The position numbers were made by a program, and so were the translations under genes. A DNA stretch of 64,000 nt from Lama glama (Eukaryota), in NCBI GenBank assembly GCA_028534125.1, contig CM052817.1:24616001-24680000 (forward strand). Direction: 5' to 3'. The notes under the pieces were generated by a model. The model was not told the origin of the DNA, did not search any database, and saw only the letters and a program-made list of their open reading frames with translations. Of this stretch, positions 13,300 to 25,810 are shown in pieces (positions within the stretch are counted from its first letter, which is position 1; each line of letters begins with the position of its first letter).

Positions 13300-14010
13300 A
13301 TGTTCTTCCAACTCAGGGTTCTCAGTGTAGGAGAGGGTGACTAGGGTCTTAACCAAATAATCATATACATGTAAATTTTCAGTAGTGACAAGTGCAATGC
13401 AAATCAACAGCAGAGGAGTTTGACCCCGGAAGGGAAGTAAAAGAAGGCTTCTCTGAGGAAGATCAGAGAGGTTAACCAGGAAGAAAGGGCAAGCACAAGC
13501 AAAGGGGCTGAAAGAAAACCTGTGGAGATGGGGCCCGGGGAGGAAGATGGCTCAAGACAGGCTTGTAGGAATGGGCAGGAGTTTTCTCTTCTCACTTCAA
13601 GAACAGTGAGAAGCTGCTGAAACGTGTTTACCGTCAGGGAGCTGGCATATCCAGCCTGTGCTTTGGAAAGATCCCTACGGCTGTGCTGTGGACAGCTGCC
13701 CAGAGAGCACCCAGTGGGTGTGGGCAGACCCATCACAAAGGTTTGCAGTGGACTAGGCAAGAGACCTGGGTCATTTGGTCCAGGTTTTGATGGCAGTGCC
13801 ACAGAGAGAAGTGAATTAATTCAAAAAATATTTAGAGAATGGAATTGTCAGGCCACGTTGGTACAGCATAGGTCTCATGAGAGTTCAGATAGAAGTGATC
13901 CAGTTCAAGAAATATCTAAAAGACAAAGTCATCAGGAATCGGCCATGGATTGGAAATGAAAAGTGAGGGAAAGAAAGGCGTCAAGGAAGACTCACAGATC
14001 TTCTGAGTTG
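13300..14010 (-). mobile_element. L2 remnant
   Basis: gaaggcttctctgaggaag, ttggaaagatccctacggctgtgctgtgga and gtcaaggaagactc are typical of reverse-strand L2. Confidence 0.65.
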
Positions 14011-14224
14011 TACTAATAATATGTACCTCAGCGCATTAAATGCTCTGAGAAGTTCTACAGCAAAGAAACTTGGCTGACTCTCTCATCTAGCATTTCCCAC
14101 ATTCATTCCTTTTTCTGGTAGCAGTTTCTAACTTCTGGGAACACACTTCAGACAACTGAGTTAGCCTAAGTAGGCCCTTGGACTTTGAGCAATTCCAAAT
14201 ATTCTTCCCATTTTTTAAAACCCC

Positions 14225-14577
14225 TGTATTAGACTGCTAGCGCTGCCATGACAAAAGAACACAGACCACAAACTGGAGGGCTTCAGCAACAGACAATTGT
14301 TTTCTCACAGTTCTGGAGGCTGGAAGTCCAAGGTCAAGGTGTCTGCAGGTTTGGTTTCTCCTGAGGCCGCTCTCCTGGCTGCCTCTTCACACGGTCATCC
14401 CACCGTCTGCGTTGTCTCTGTGTCCTAGTCTCTTCTACTAAAGACACCAGTCAGATTGGATGAGGGCTCAGCCTGACGACCTCATTTTACCTTAATTACC
14501 TCTTTAAAGGGGCTCTCTCCGAATACAGCCCTGTTCTGAGGTGCTGTGGGTTAGGGACACGGTTTAGCCCGGAACAA
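14225..14577 (-). mobile_element. MLT1 (ERVL-MaLR) solo LTR
   Basis: tgtattag...ctcacagttctggaggctggaagtccaaggtcaaggtgtc...aca. Confidence 0.85.
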
Positions 14578-17349
14578 CCCCAGAAGCGTAAACTTCTCTT
14601 CTAGAGCTGGTGCTGCCAGTGAGCATCCACAGCCTGCATCACATCCAAGCTCTGCTGGTCCTGTTGGGTCATCCTGACACATCCCCATTGTCAGCACCCT
14701 CCATGGAGAAGTCCCACCTTGTGCTGTGGCAAGATTTTTGTTTCTTACTCAGATTTCTTATTTGTAACCCTATAAAAGAACAACAAAGGGTAAGAAAAAA
14801 ATGCAACAAATGGTACCCTTCTGATCAACCCCATAGCCAAGATATCAGAAATGAAGATGTTAGTGGAGGGAAGAGAATGCTTCTGGATTTTTCTTCAAAC
14901 CAGGTGAAACCAGCATTTCACCTTGAAGCAGCAGAGCACCTAAGCCCAGGTAAACACCGGTCTGCTCCATGCCCTGCACCACCCAGTCGGGAGCCAGGAC
15001 TCTTAAATGCGGGGTGGGCCACAAGCAGTATGTGAGATGCCTGGGAACTAAAGTCCAAAATCTGCCTTCGCTCTCTGCTCAGAAGGCAAGTCATTGAGCT
15101 TTTCTCTCTTTCTTTTCCTGGGAGAATGGCTGAGAAGATTATGTGGATAGATCGTTCTACCTTTGAAAAACAAAACCACTGTGCATGTAAACGTTGAGAC
15201 TATCACTCATCTCTCACCATCAGACTGGCAAGAGTAGTGAGATGGTCAAAACAGTATGGGTGCATTGAAGCAGCAATTCATAAAACCCACCCTCAGAGTG
15301 AATATTTTTTATTATTTTGCATGTTATCTTATATTCTATATTCTCCACCAAAGTCACCTTCAGTTTTCCTATGTTTCTAATTTCAGCCAAGCTTTTAAAT
15401 GTCATCACATCATCTTTATTGGAATTAGGTCCCAAATGAGTCACAAACCAATGAAAACTGCCTGCTGATTTGCTGATTGTGGACACTTTATATTAAGGAA
15501 GGAGCCAGGATTTTTTTTTCCCTCCTCAATCCTCTTTAAGTCTCAAAGTCTGTCTGCTGCTTTTTGGAACCTGAGTACCACTGACTGAGTCATTGTATGA
15601 AACACATCCACCATATTATTCCAACGAAATAGGCAAAAAATGCTTGGTCTGCACATCGGTCAGCTACTTCCAGGAAGAGATGGTTGGACCTGGCTTTACG
15701 GAAAACCACTCTTCTCTCCCTAATGACTGCACGGGGGTGCCCATGCAAATAAGGTGAACCGAACAGATCTCCCTGAACTTGTTCCACGTGGGGTTGCCAT
15801 AGCTAATCCAGATTTGATGCGTTCTCCCTGTACACAGACAAGTACTGTAAGATACTGTTTTGTGAATCACATTTGAATTGTGGCCTCTCTCCACAATAAA
15901 GTTAATCAGAAACTGATACATCTTTATTCAAGGCTGGCTTACTATCTTTTTTTCTCCCTGGTAGATATTACCTAATGTATAGATTCTTCGTAGTGCTGGC
16001 AAAGTTGCCCCAGGGCTCCTGAGATCCCTTGAGTTCAAATCTGGCTTCTGCCACTTAAACAACTTGGCATCTTGTCAGTCTGAGCTGAAGTTCAAAGCTC
16101 GACTCCTGGTTTTAGGTGAAGATATTTTAGCCCTACCCTCCTCTCACATGCGTGGCTCTGCAGGTATCAGGAACCGCAGGGAGTAGGAAGCCTGGTAATT
16201 ACATTGTTTACCTCCTAGTTTCGCACAAAACCAAATCAATCCCAGGCACGCCACCAACCAGCCTTTAGGGAAATGTATTCCAAAAAGCTTCACTGAAACC
16301 ACTTATTTATTGACATTTCATCATTCTGCTAAGCAGGAAACACTTAGACCAAACAAGGAAAAACCCAACCTTTCAAACGCCTGACCTTTGTCAAAGGTTT
16401 ATTGAGAAAGGGAGATTAGAAAAGAGCTGGAGGTGCCAAATTCTTTGTCATGCCCCTTTGCCAGGTATGGCAGTATCATACGGCATTGGGTATGAGCTTA
16501 AGAAAAAAAGAGAAAAGGAACAAGGTTTCTCTCTCTACAGAAATTAGATTAGTTACTGTTCCTTTTTATGACTTATAATGTATCTTCCTTCTAAAATATA
16601 TTTCCCTTTTCCCATTTCATCTCATTACCCCAAATACACACACATGGACGGTCCTGCACCTTCATAACATACCTAAATAATGCATTCTACTGAAAACAAC
16701 CACCATCACGGACATCTTGAACCGCCTCTTGGACATCTGTTCTAGTTCCTGGCTGTCTGGAAGTTCTGAAGGTGTGACTTAGCCTAGAGCTTTTTGTTAA
16801 ACAGTAAAGAAAGGCATTACTATTTCTCTGTGAGAATGACATATATAAGGTAATTAGCACAGTGCCTGGGGCAGCCCCAGCGGTCCCCAGGTCGTGGTGA
16901 CAATGTAGTAGTGATTGATTGTTATTACTGGAACAGAAATTATATGTATGCCTTTTGGGTTTCAGTTATCAAAACAGGGGCAATAACCGTATGAAATGTT
17001 CTGAAGTAGCTTTCTTCTCCTCCTCCTTCTCCTCCAAGGTTAATGAAATACTTCAAAAAGGCAAAAAGAGATACACTCACTTTCTTTGGTATGAAAAGTT
17101 TACAGCTATAGAAAAGTTGAAAGAATTTCACATCTCACTGTCTAGAATGTACAATTAACATTTTGTTTCTTTATTGCATATCTAACCACCTGGCTACCTA
17201 TCAATCCCTATTTCTTTAAGCTGCATCTCAGGGTCTGTTGCAGACATTGCTTCATTTTGAACATTTCAAAATGTTTACTGTGAGTTCAGTTTTTCTTTGC
17301 GGCTCTCTTTCTCTTCTTCACCTTTCCCCCTTCTCTCCCTCTCCCCTTC

Positions 17350-17905
17350 CTCTGGTATAATTTACAGGCAGTAGAAATGAACGCATCCAAGCGTATGATT
17401 TGGTGAGTTTCAGCAACTGCGTACAACTGTATAACCCAACTCCCCATTAAGATTAATAGAGAATATTATCACCCCAGGAAAATTCCCCAAGCTCCTTCCC
17501 AATCAGTTCTTGTCTGCCACTCTCATGGAGTCAATCACTATTCTGATTTTTTAAGTCACCATAAATTAATTTAGCCTATTTAAAACTTATTTAAATGGGT
17601 CATACAGTTTGTAAGAATGTATGTTCTCTGTTGCATAAGGCTGCTGTTACTCAGCTTATTTTTGAGTTTCATCCAAACTGTCACATATATCAGCAGTTCA
17701 TTCTTTTTTATTGCTCAGTAGTATTTCATTGTATGGCTATACCACAGTGTATTATACTGTTGATGGCTATCTGTGTTACTTCCAATTTGGGACTACTATG
17801 AATAAACCTGCTTTTCATACTCTTGGGCAAGTCTTTTATGTGATACAGATTTCCATGCCTCTTGTGTAAATATCCAGGAATCAAATTGATGAATCATAGG
17901 GTTCC
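17350..17905 (-). mobile_element. Old L1M (L1MC/ME-like) 3' remnant
   Basis: ttcattctttttttattgctcagtagtatttcattgtatggctataccacagt...ttccaatttgggactactatgaataa. Confidence 0.75.
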
Positions 17906-18292
17906 TGCACAGCCATGCCTGCTGGGTTCAGATTTTCTTGGAGCAGTAACCTCTACATCCATTCAAGTCTAGACTGCCCCCCACCCCCCCCCACCACATG
18001 AGGTAGCAGAACAAGGGGCAATAATGGTTATTTTTAGGTTCTTCAGGATCGTGTTATCCTTTTGCTCAAAGAACGTGTGTTTCTCAACCAGCATGTTCAC
18101 AGGTTAGCATTTGGATTGGTGGAAGAAACAGGACATTGTAGGTAACTCCAGCCCATCTCATTTGTTAAGGAGCTCTTACATCACAAATGCTGTTGATGGT
18201 TGGCTGTCCATTATTTGAATATTCATCATGTATGACAAGTAGGAAAAAAACAACTTGGAAAACCTCTTCTTATACCTGTGGGCTATGCTATA

Positions 18293-18633
18293 CATTTGGC
18301 CCCATATATTTGCAGGTTCTGGATCTGTGGATTCAACCAACTGCATATCAAAAATATTTCGAAAAAAGTAAATTCCAGAAAGTTCTAAAAAGAAAGCTTG
18401 AATTTGCACATCAGCAACTATTTGCTTAGCATTTGCATTGTATTTACAACTATTTACAAAGCATTTACATTGTATTAGATAGTATAAATAGTCTAGAGGT
18501 GATTTAAAGTATATAGGAGGATGTACATAGGCTACATGCAGACACTCTGACATTTTATATAAGGGACTTGAGCATCCTCGGATTTTAATATCCATGGGGT
18601 CCAAGATCCCCCAAGGATGCTAAGGGGTGACTA
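18293..18633 (-). mobile_element. MER2-like TcMar-Tigger MITE
   Basis: gtggattcaaccaac...tctagaggtgatttaaagtatataggaggatgt...ttttatataagggacttgagcatcc, with TA at the left flank. Confidence 0.85.
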
Positions 18634-18787
18634 GAGTTGATTTCAGCTGGTCCCTCAACATCCACCACTCAGACGCATGTTTCCCTAGTCACTTCTCTTT
18701 ACCATCCTCTATTGCATCCATTTTAAGCCCTCTCTCCTCTAATCAGATCTCAGACCCAGTCACCTTCCTCAGCTTAGCACTAGTTTA

Positions 18788-18950
18788 CAGTAGTGGTTCT
18801 CAACCGCGGTCAGTTTTGTCTTGTAGTTAGGAAGGGTGCTACAAGCATACAATAGGTCAAGGCTATTGAACCTCATCCAGTGCAAAAGACAGTCCACCCC
18901 AAAGAAAGAACTATCCATCCTAAAACTAGTGCTGCAGTTTAGAATCCCTA
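18788..18950. mobile_element. MER20-like hAT remnant
   Basis: agtggttctcaaccgcggtcagttttg...aagacagtccacccc aaagaaagaactatcc. Confidence 0.6.
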
Positions 18951-19140
18951 CTTTACAGGCAAAATAGAAGACATTAGAACAGGCTTCTTAACATGTTTTA
19001 TGCTATAGACTGCTTTATCAGTCTATGGACCCCTTTTCAGGAAAATATTTTTAAATTCATAAAATAAAATACATAGGATTACAAAGGAAGTATTGTTACC
19101 AATTTTTAAAAACCGTGATTTAGTAATATGCTTCTTTTTA

Positions 19141-19295
19141 TTTTTTTAATTGAAGTACCATCAGTTATAATGTGTCAATCTCTGGTGTACAGCACAATGT
19201 CCCAGTCATGCATATATATACATAAATTTTTTTTATTAAAGGTTATTACAAAATTTGAACATAGTTTCCTGTGCTATACAGCAGAAACTTTTTTT
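19141..19295 (-). mobile_element. Short L1 3' end
   Basis: tttttttaattgaagtaccatcagtta..., flanked by the 16 bp direct repeat atatgcttctttttat. Confidence 0.8.
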
Positions 19296-19324
19296 AAAAT
19301 ATATGCTTCTTTTTATATTCCATG

Positions 19325-20203
19325 TTAAAATTGAAGTATAGTTGATTTACTGTATTTGTTTCAGGCATACAACATAGTAATTCAGTATTTTATAAATTGT
19401 ACTCCAGTAAAAATTATTATAAGATAATGGCTATAATTCCCTGTGCTGTACAATATATCCTTGTTGTCTATTTTATACACAATAGTTTGTATGTCTTAGT
19501 CCTATACCCCTGTCTTGCCCTTCCTCCCACTTTCCTCTACCCTTTGGTAACTACTCGTTTGTTTTCTATATCTCTGAGTCTGTTTCTGTTTTGTGTATAG
19601 TTATTTGTATTTTTTTAGATTAAATAAGTGATATTGTCAGTATTTGTCTTTCTGTGTCTGACTTCTTTCACTAAGTATAATTATCTCTAGGTCTATCCAT
19701 GTTGCTGCAAATGGCAGAATTTAAATTCTTGTTTATGGCCGAGTAATATTCCATTGTGTATATATATGACATCTTTATCCATTCATCTGTTGATGGGCAC
19801 TTGGGTTGCTTCCATGTTTTGGCTACTGTAAATAGTGCTGCTGTGCACATTAGGATGCACGTATCTTTTCAAATTTGTGTTTTCTTTCTTTCTTTCTCAG
19901 CCAGGAGTGAATTGCTAGATCATATCGTAGTTCTATTTTTAGTTTTTTGAGGAACCGCCATACTGGTTTTTTTCATAGTGGCTGCACCTATTTATATTCC
20001 CACAACTGTGTACAAGGGTTCTATTTTCTCCACATCTTCTGCAATGTTTGTTATTTGTAGACTTTTTGATGATAGTCATTCTGACCTGTGTGAGGTGATA
20101 TCACATTGTTGTTTTGACTTGCATTTCCCTTGTGATTAGTGATGTTGAGCATCTTTTCATGTGTCTATTAGCCATCAGTATGTCTTCTTTGGAAAAAATG
20201 TCA
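19325..20203 (-). mobile_element. L1 3' fragment (ORF2 end and 3' UTR)
   Basis: attgaagtatagttgattta ... tgtgaggtgatatcacattgttgttttgacttgcatttccc...gatgttgagcatcttttcatgtg. Confidence 0.9.
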
Positions 20204-21399
20204 GTATGTGCTTCTTTGTAAATGTATTACAGAACAAGCCTAGCAGGTGTCTAATGAATACCATAACTATGAGCATAAATAATATTTTGAGATCTACAAC
20301 AATTCTAATATAATATGAAAATACCTGCTTTCTGTTAGAGATGAAGTCACACAGACTGCTAGCGATGCTGTATTTTGATACCTACATTCAGATTTGAAGA
20401 AATGCTACACTTAAGTCAGAGGTTAGGGAAGAAGGAGATGTGACTTTTTCTCATTTAAGTTCACAGATGCCTCAAATCCTATCATTGAGGCTCTGTACAC
20501 CCCAGGTTGAAAACTCCTGCATTTGAAGAAATTACCATCACACACACACAAAACCGTCTTTCTCCATGTACATCCATCCTTCCTTCCTCCCTGATTCAAG
20601 AGTAGATGTCCCTCTCAATCAAAGTTCACTTGCAGAAAACAGAAATTACATTCACTATTTGAAGCAAAACACAATTTAATCCAGGAAATTGTTTACATTT
20701 CCCCTCGAAAGGCTTCAGTAGCAGGCTCGAAAACACTGTAAACAAAAATATAAAATAAAAAGAACTAGTAGGACATCAATAAATTGTTGACTATAATTGT
20801 TTCTCAAGGTGATTGTTTATATACACACATATGTACCTACAATTAGATGCATGAAAACATTGAGGCCAAAATATACTTTCAAAGAGGAAAAAAAATATAT
20901 CAACAACAGCAAACACCACCATAGACCTGACCCTTCCAGGGAGCTGCCTCCTCTTACACAACCAAAAAGGAGGGAAATTGGAAATGATAAGTGGAACTCT
21001 TGACTGCAGAAACACTGCCTTAGCCGGGATTAGCTGGAGAGCTACTGCAAATGACGGCCCTAGAGTCACACCATGCCTCAAAACAAAAAACAAACAAAAA
21101 AACCACCAAATGCCCCCCATTCTGCTTCTTGACATCCACAAAGCACCAGGATGCTGGAACACTGCTAACGGAAAACCCAGTGGCTCCCCCTGGGACTTGC
21201 CAGCTGAAAAATCAGAAGTAGCCAAAGTATAATCTCTGCTCCCCTCCTTCTCCCGTCCTCACCTCTTGGAGGACTGTCTGAATCTTAAGTCTGTGTGGGA
21301 ATCCTACTGCAAGAGAGGCTGGGAAACCTTTTTTGCTTTCTAGCCTCTGCAGAACAGGAAGACACACAGAATGAAGACATTGGGTCCACCATATTCCCC

Positions 21400-22620
21400 A
21401 CCACCTCCTATCTGAGGCTGATTAATCCTACGTTGTTCCCTCCCCTCTGCTATTGACCTTACTAAAGGTATGATCCTCTTTCCTCTGTCTTCAGCTCCTC
21501 CCTTTCTTCCAGCTGTCTTCTACCAGCATATCCAGACAACTTGAAAACCCCCAACTTAAGTAAACCTTCCCTTAATCCTATTTTCTTCTTTCTCACCCTC
21601 TCCACCTTCCATTCACAGCCCATTCCCTTCCAAGAGTTTTTATGCTTAATGTTTATACTTTCTCGCCTCCTACTGCTGGTTAACCCATAGCAATCTAGCT
21701 TCCAGATTCACCACTGCACCAAAACCGCCTTTGCCAAGGTCACCAGTTACCTTCTTGGTGCTAAAGCTAAGAGGCATTTATGGTCCTTTTCTTGTCTGAC
21801 CCTTGAGTGTCATTTAACACTGCCGGCCAATCCTTACTCCCTCAAACACTTCACCTGCTTCATTACCACACTCACTTCTACTTATTTGTGTGTTTGTTTT
21901 TCAAATGAAAAGTCTCATATATTATTACTAAACCAACCTACTAGTACAAAAGCATAGAAAAATCATTTTCCAAGTAAGACTTACCCAACTGTCCAGATAA
22001 TGGTGATGTTTTCAGCTTGATTTAGAAAGACCTTGATACGGCATAAATATGGTGCCACCTCATGTGCAATTCCTTACAGACCCAGCTTGGTTCTTTTCCA
22101 ATGTCTCCTCTTGGAGTTGTGTCTGGTATTATTACCAGTTTTTATCTGAATCCATCAGAGATTGGGACAATTCTGCTTTAATTTCTTGGCCAGAAATTAC
22201 TTGATCCTGAAAGTCTTGTGAGAAGACATGGCAAGGAATGGAGTCAATCCTTTTTAATTTTTTTTCTACCCACTGGCTGTAATTTATGAATCTCCTTTGT
22301 AGATTTTTTTTTCTTTTTCTTTACATTAAGCAGTGTTTGTCAGGATTCAGTCTTTTCTTTAACACTATATATTTATTTCCTCTATTTTGTTTTTCAGTCC
22401 ATGGACCTATTTATTAGCTATATTGTTAATGACTGAAATCTTTATATTGAGCCCAAAAGCTCTCTTCCAAGTCTCCGGCCAATATATTCAACTGCTTGCA
22501 GAACACCTCCCTTTGAACGTTTATCAACCACCTTAGGTACAGGGTATACCAAAGCAAAAATCTTCTTTCCACCTCCAAACCGGCACCTCCTTATTCCTAT
22601 CACCCAGAGATAGGGTGACC
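21400..22620 (+). mobile_element. L2 remnant interrupted by the RPL39 retrocopy
   Basis: caccactgcaccaaaaccgcctttgccaaggtcaccagttacc (RT region) upstream, and atatattcaactgcttgcagaacacctcc downstream of the pseudogene. Confidence 0.7.
21881..22250 (-). pseudogene. RPL39: RPL39 processed pseudogene
   Basis: Minus strand 22229->22074 translates [49 protein letters not shown], against RPL39 [51 protein letters not shown]. It is intronless with two premature stops, UTR-like flanks and a decayed A-rich tail near 21881-21901. Confidence 0.95.
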
Positions 22621-24106
22621 ATTCCTCTTGTTTGCCCAAAGTGCTTTCAGCTGACACTCTTTGTCCTTGTATAATTAGTGTAAGTGCTGCCTTTCCCCTC
22701 AAAAATGATCCAATTAGTGTTGTACTTGTAGGATTGCATTAAAGTTTCATTTGGGTTTCACTTTATGAAAATAATGCTTTTTAAAGAGGGTAATAAAAAG
22801 AGAATATTTTCTCGCATGAGAAGAATTTTTAAAACGTAACATATAACTTGCAACATGCTGGAGAAATTTTAAAACAAAGTAAAAGCAAAAGTCTGAAAGT
22901 AAAGGAAACCACCAGGAAGCATTAAGAAAATGGTAAAATAAGACAACAGAAGAGAGATTCAGTACATAGCATAAATGTAAATGGTTTAAACTTCTCTGTT
23001 AAAAGGCAGAGACTCTTAGGTTGGATCAGAAAAGAAGTAAAGCCAGCTGTTATTCACCCAAAATAATGTGACAAGGAAAATTGATAATAAAAAGAGAGGC
23101 AAAGATAAGGCAAACAAATGCAACACAGAGAAATCAGAGAGGAAGAAAAACATAAAATAATAAATATTGTCTTTCAATTTTTGATCAAGGGTATAGTTTC
23201 CAACAGAAAATAAAATTATGATTTTATGTGTCAAATAACTCAGCATCAAATACAAGCATAAAGTAATGGATAAAGAAATTGTAAAAGGCAAATGTGGAGG
23301 AAGAATTTAATACAACTTTCCCAATATTCCAAGATATTCCCAGAATCTGCAGGTTAGACATACATTTTTAACATCATGCTTATTTTTTCCAAAATGTACT
23401 TTAGAAGAAAATTCCTGTCCAGTGTGTAATACCTGCTCTCTTTATGTAGTGAATCACTGAAGTCTAAAATGAAATCTATTATGAGAAGACTGCCGATAAA
23501 TATATTTCATGCTTTAAAAACAAATCTGACCCAATTTGGACAAAAATCGTAAATTCATCCTACTGCCTATCCCAAAATGACCTTTGTTTTCATTTGAGTA
23601 TATTCCCTTTGTTTATATATGTGGTGATTTGTTTATAATAAAATTGAAATTACATTTTTTATATATACCAGGCTTTTTTTAACTTAATCTCATACCCTGC
23701 ATTTTTTAGTGTTATTTTCTCTGTTTTCCAATTTATGAATATATCGCAATTTATATAAGGATAATTCTAAGCGGAACACCCTTTTTTAAAGATCTTTGTT
23801 TACACCTCTCTGATTCTCTGGTTGTATTCTTTGGTTAGACTCCAAGAACGAATTTTTGGAGCAAAAGTTATTGATATTTTAAAGGCTTGTTAACACTGTT
23901 ATCACTTTTTTAAAGTTCAATTTATTAGACAGAAGTGTTATCCAGTTATTTGAGTTTATTTCTTTAGTTGAATAATTTTTCATGTTCATTGGTTTTAGTA
24001 TTTATTCATTTCTTAATTGGTTGATCATGTACTTTGTTATTTTTATTGGTATTTTAAATAAATATCCTATTACATTATGAACCCTTTTAAAGTTGAAGAT
24101 AGTACA

Positions 24107-24227
24107 GGGGAGGGTAGAGCTCAGTGGTAGAGTGCATGCTTAGTATGCACGAGGTCCTGTGTTCAATCCTCAGTACCTCTGTTCAAACAAACAAACAAAC
24201 CTAATCACCTCCCCCCAAAAACAAACA
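24107..24227 (+). mobile_element. vic-1-like tRNA-derived SINE with TSD
   Basis: ggggagggtagagctcagtggtagag (A box)...gtgttcaatcct (B box)...(caaa)n tail. Flanks aaagttgaagatagta (24089-24104) and aaagttaaagatagta (24228-24243). Confidence 0.88.
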
Positions 24228-24544
24228 AAAGTTAAAGATAGTAACCCTTTATCATCTGTGTCACAAATGTTCCATTTGGTCTTTGCATTTTTGTTGATGG
24301 TGTCTTTTAAGATGAAAAATATTTGCTTCTTACGTAATCTATTAATCTTTTACTTCGTGTTTCTTCTAGGACAGTAGTAACTGAAAGGCTCTTCCTTATT
24401 CCTAAATTAGATAAATATTCACTTGTATTTCCTTCCAAATATTTTTGTTCCCATTTATTTCAGGATCTAACTTTTTCTTAATAACCTATTGTCCTATTTA
24501 TGAAATGATTTATAACCATTTATGAAATGATTATAAAAATCCAC

Positions 24545-25810
24545 AGGATCTTATATGTAGAAAAACCTAAAGATTACACACACACAAGTTAGAACTAATA
24601 AATGAATCCAGTAAAGTCACAGGATACAAAATCAGCATACAAAAATCAGCTGCATTTCTACATGCTAACAACAAACTTCCCAAAAAAGAAATTAAGAAAA
24701 TAATCCTACTTACAATAGCATCAAAAAGAGTAAAATACTGATGAATAAGTTTAACCAAGGAGGTGAAAGACCTGTACGCTGAGAACTATAAAACATTGAT
24801 GAAAGAAATAAAATAGGTATTTTAAAAAGATGTCTCATGTTCATAGATTGGAAGACTTAATACTGTTAAAATGTCCATATTACCCAAAGCAACCTACAGA
24901 TTCAGTGCAATACCTGTCAAAATCCCAGTGGCAGTTTTTACAAAAGAGAAAAAATGATCCTAAAATTCATACAGAACCACAGAAGACCCAGAATAGCCAA
25001 AAAATAAAAATAAAAAACTTGAGAAAGAAAAAGAAAACTTGAAGTATCACACTTTCTGATTTCAAACATATTACGAAGCTACAGTAATTAAACCAATATG
25101 GTAATGTCATAAAAACAGACATATAGATTAATGGAACAGAACAGAAAGCCCCAAAATAAGCTTATAAATATATAGTGTCTTAGTCCATCCATGCTGTTAT
25201 AACAGAATACAATAGAATGAGTGGCTTATAAACAACCAAAATTTATTTCTCACAGTTCTGGAGGCTGCAAAATTCAAGATCAGGGTGTTGGCAGATTCAG
25301 TATTTGGTGAGATCTCACCTCCTGGTTCATAGAGAGCTGTGTTCTTGCTATAACCTCACATGGCATAAGGAACAAGGAAGCTTTCTGGAGTCTCTTTTAC
25401 AAGGGCACTAATCTCATTCATTAAGGCATACAGACATCTAGTCTGTAGCATAAGGTCACCTGATGTTCAACAAGAGTGCCAAGAGTACCTAATGGGGAAA
25501 AGACTGTTGGGAAAACTGCATATCCACATGCAAAAGAATGAAATCGGACCCTTATCTTACACTATAAACAGAAATCAACTCACAGTGGGCTGAAGATGAA
25601 ACATAAGACCTGAAACTGTAAAACTCCAAGAAGAAAACATAACAGAAGACCTTCAGACATTGATCTGGGCAATGATTTCTGGGATATGACACCAAAAGCA
25701 CAAGCAAAAAAAAATAAGCTGCACAGCAAAGAAAATGACAGAGTGAAAAGGCAGCCTATGAAATGTGAGAAAATATTTGCAGACCATTTATCTGTTAAGG
25801 AATTGATATT
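24545..25810 (+). mobile_element. L1 ORF2 fragment interrupted by an MLT1 LTR
   Basis: caggatacaaaatcagcatacaaaaatcag, aaaatgtccatattacccaaagcaacctacagattcagtgcaat, tatccacatgcaaaagaatgaaa; multiply disrupted. Confidence 0.9.
25176..25450 (-). mobile_element. MLT1A-like solo LTR nested in L1
   Basis: tgtcttagtcc...tttatttctcacagttctggaggctg...aagggcactaatctcattcat. Confidence 0.8.

Larger units (their letters stand above)
18980..20519 (+). mobile_element. MER119-like hAT-Charlie element split by two L1 insertions
   Basis: 5' part (tatggaccccttttcagg...aaaatacataggattacaaaggaa) and 3' part 20205-20519 ending ccccaggttgaaaactcctg. Confidence 0.7.

Noticed and set aside
15590..15921. Minus-strand 65-85 aa ORFs in unique sequence
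   Set aside because: No recognisable protein similarity or convincing splice signals; lengths are consistent with chance.
24107..24180. tRNA-like A/B boxes (also ~8960-9030 and ~43950-44018)
   Set aside because: Followed by a shared non-tRNA tail and simple repeats, with a TSD at the 24107 copy, so these are SINE heads rather than tRNA genes.
24497..24535. Direct repeat tttatgaaatgatt x2 near an L1 junction
   Set aside because: Small local duplication without an A-tail between the copies; no further inference possible.
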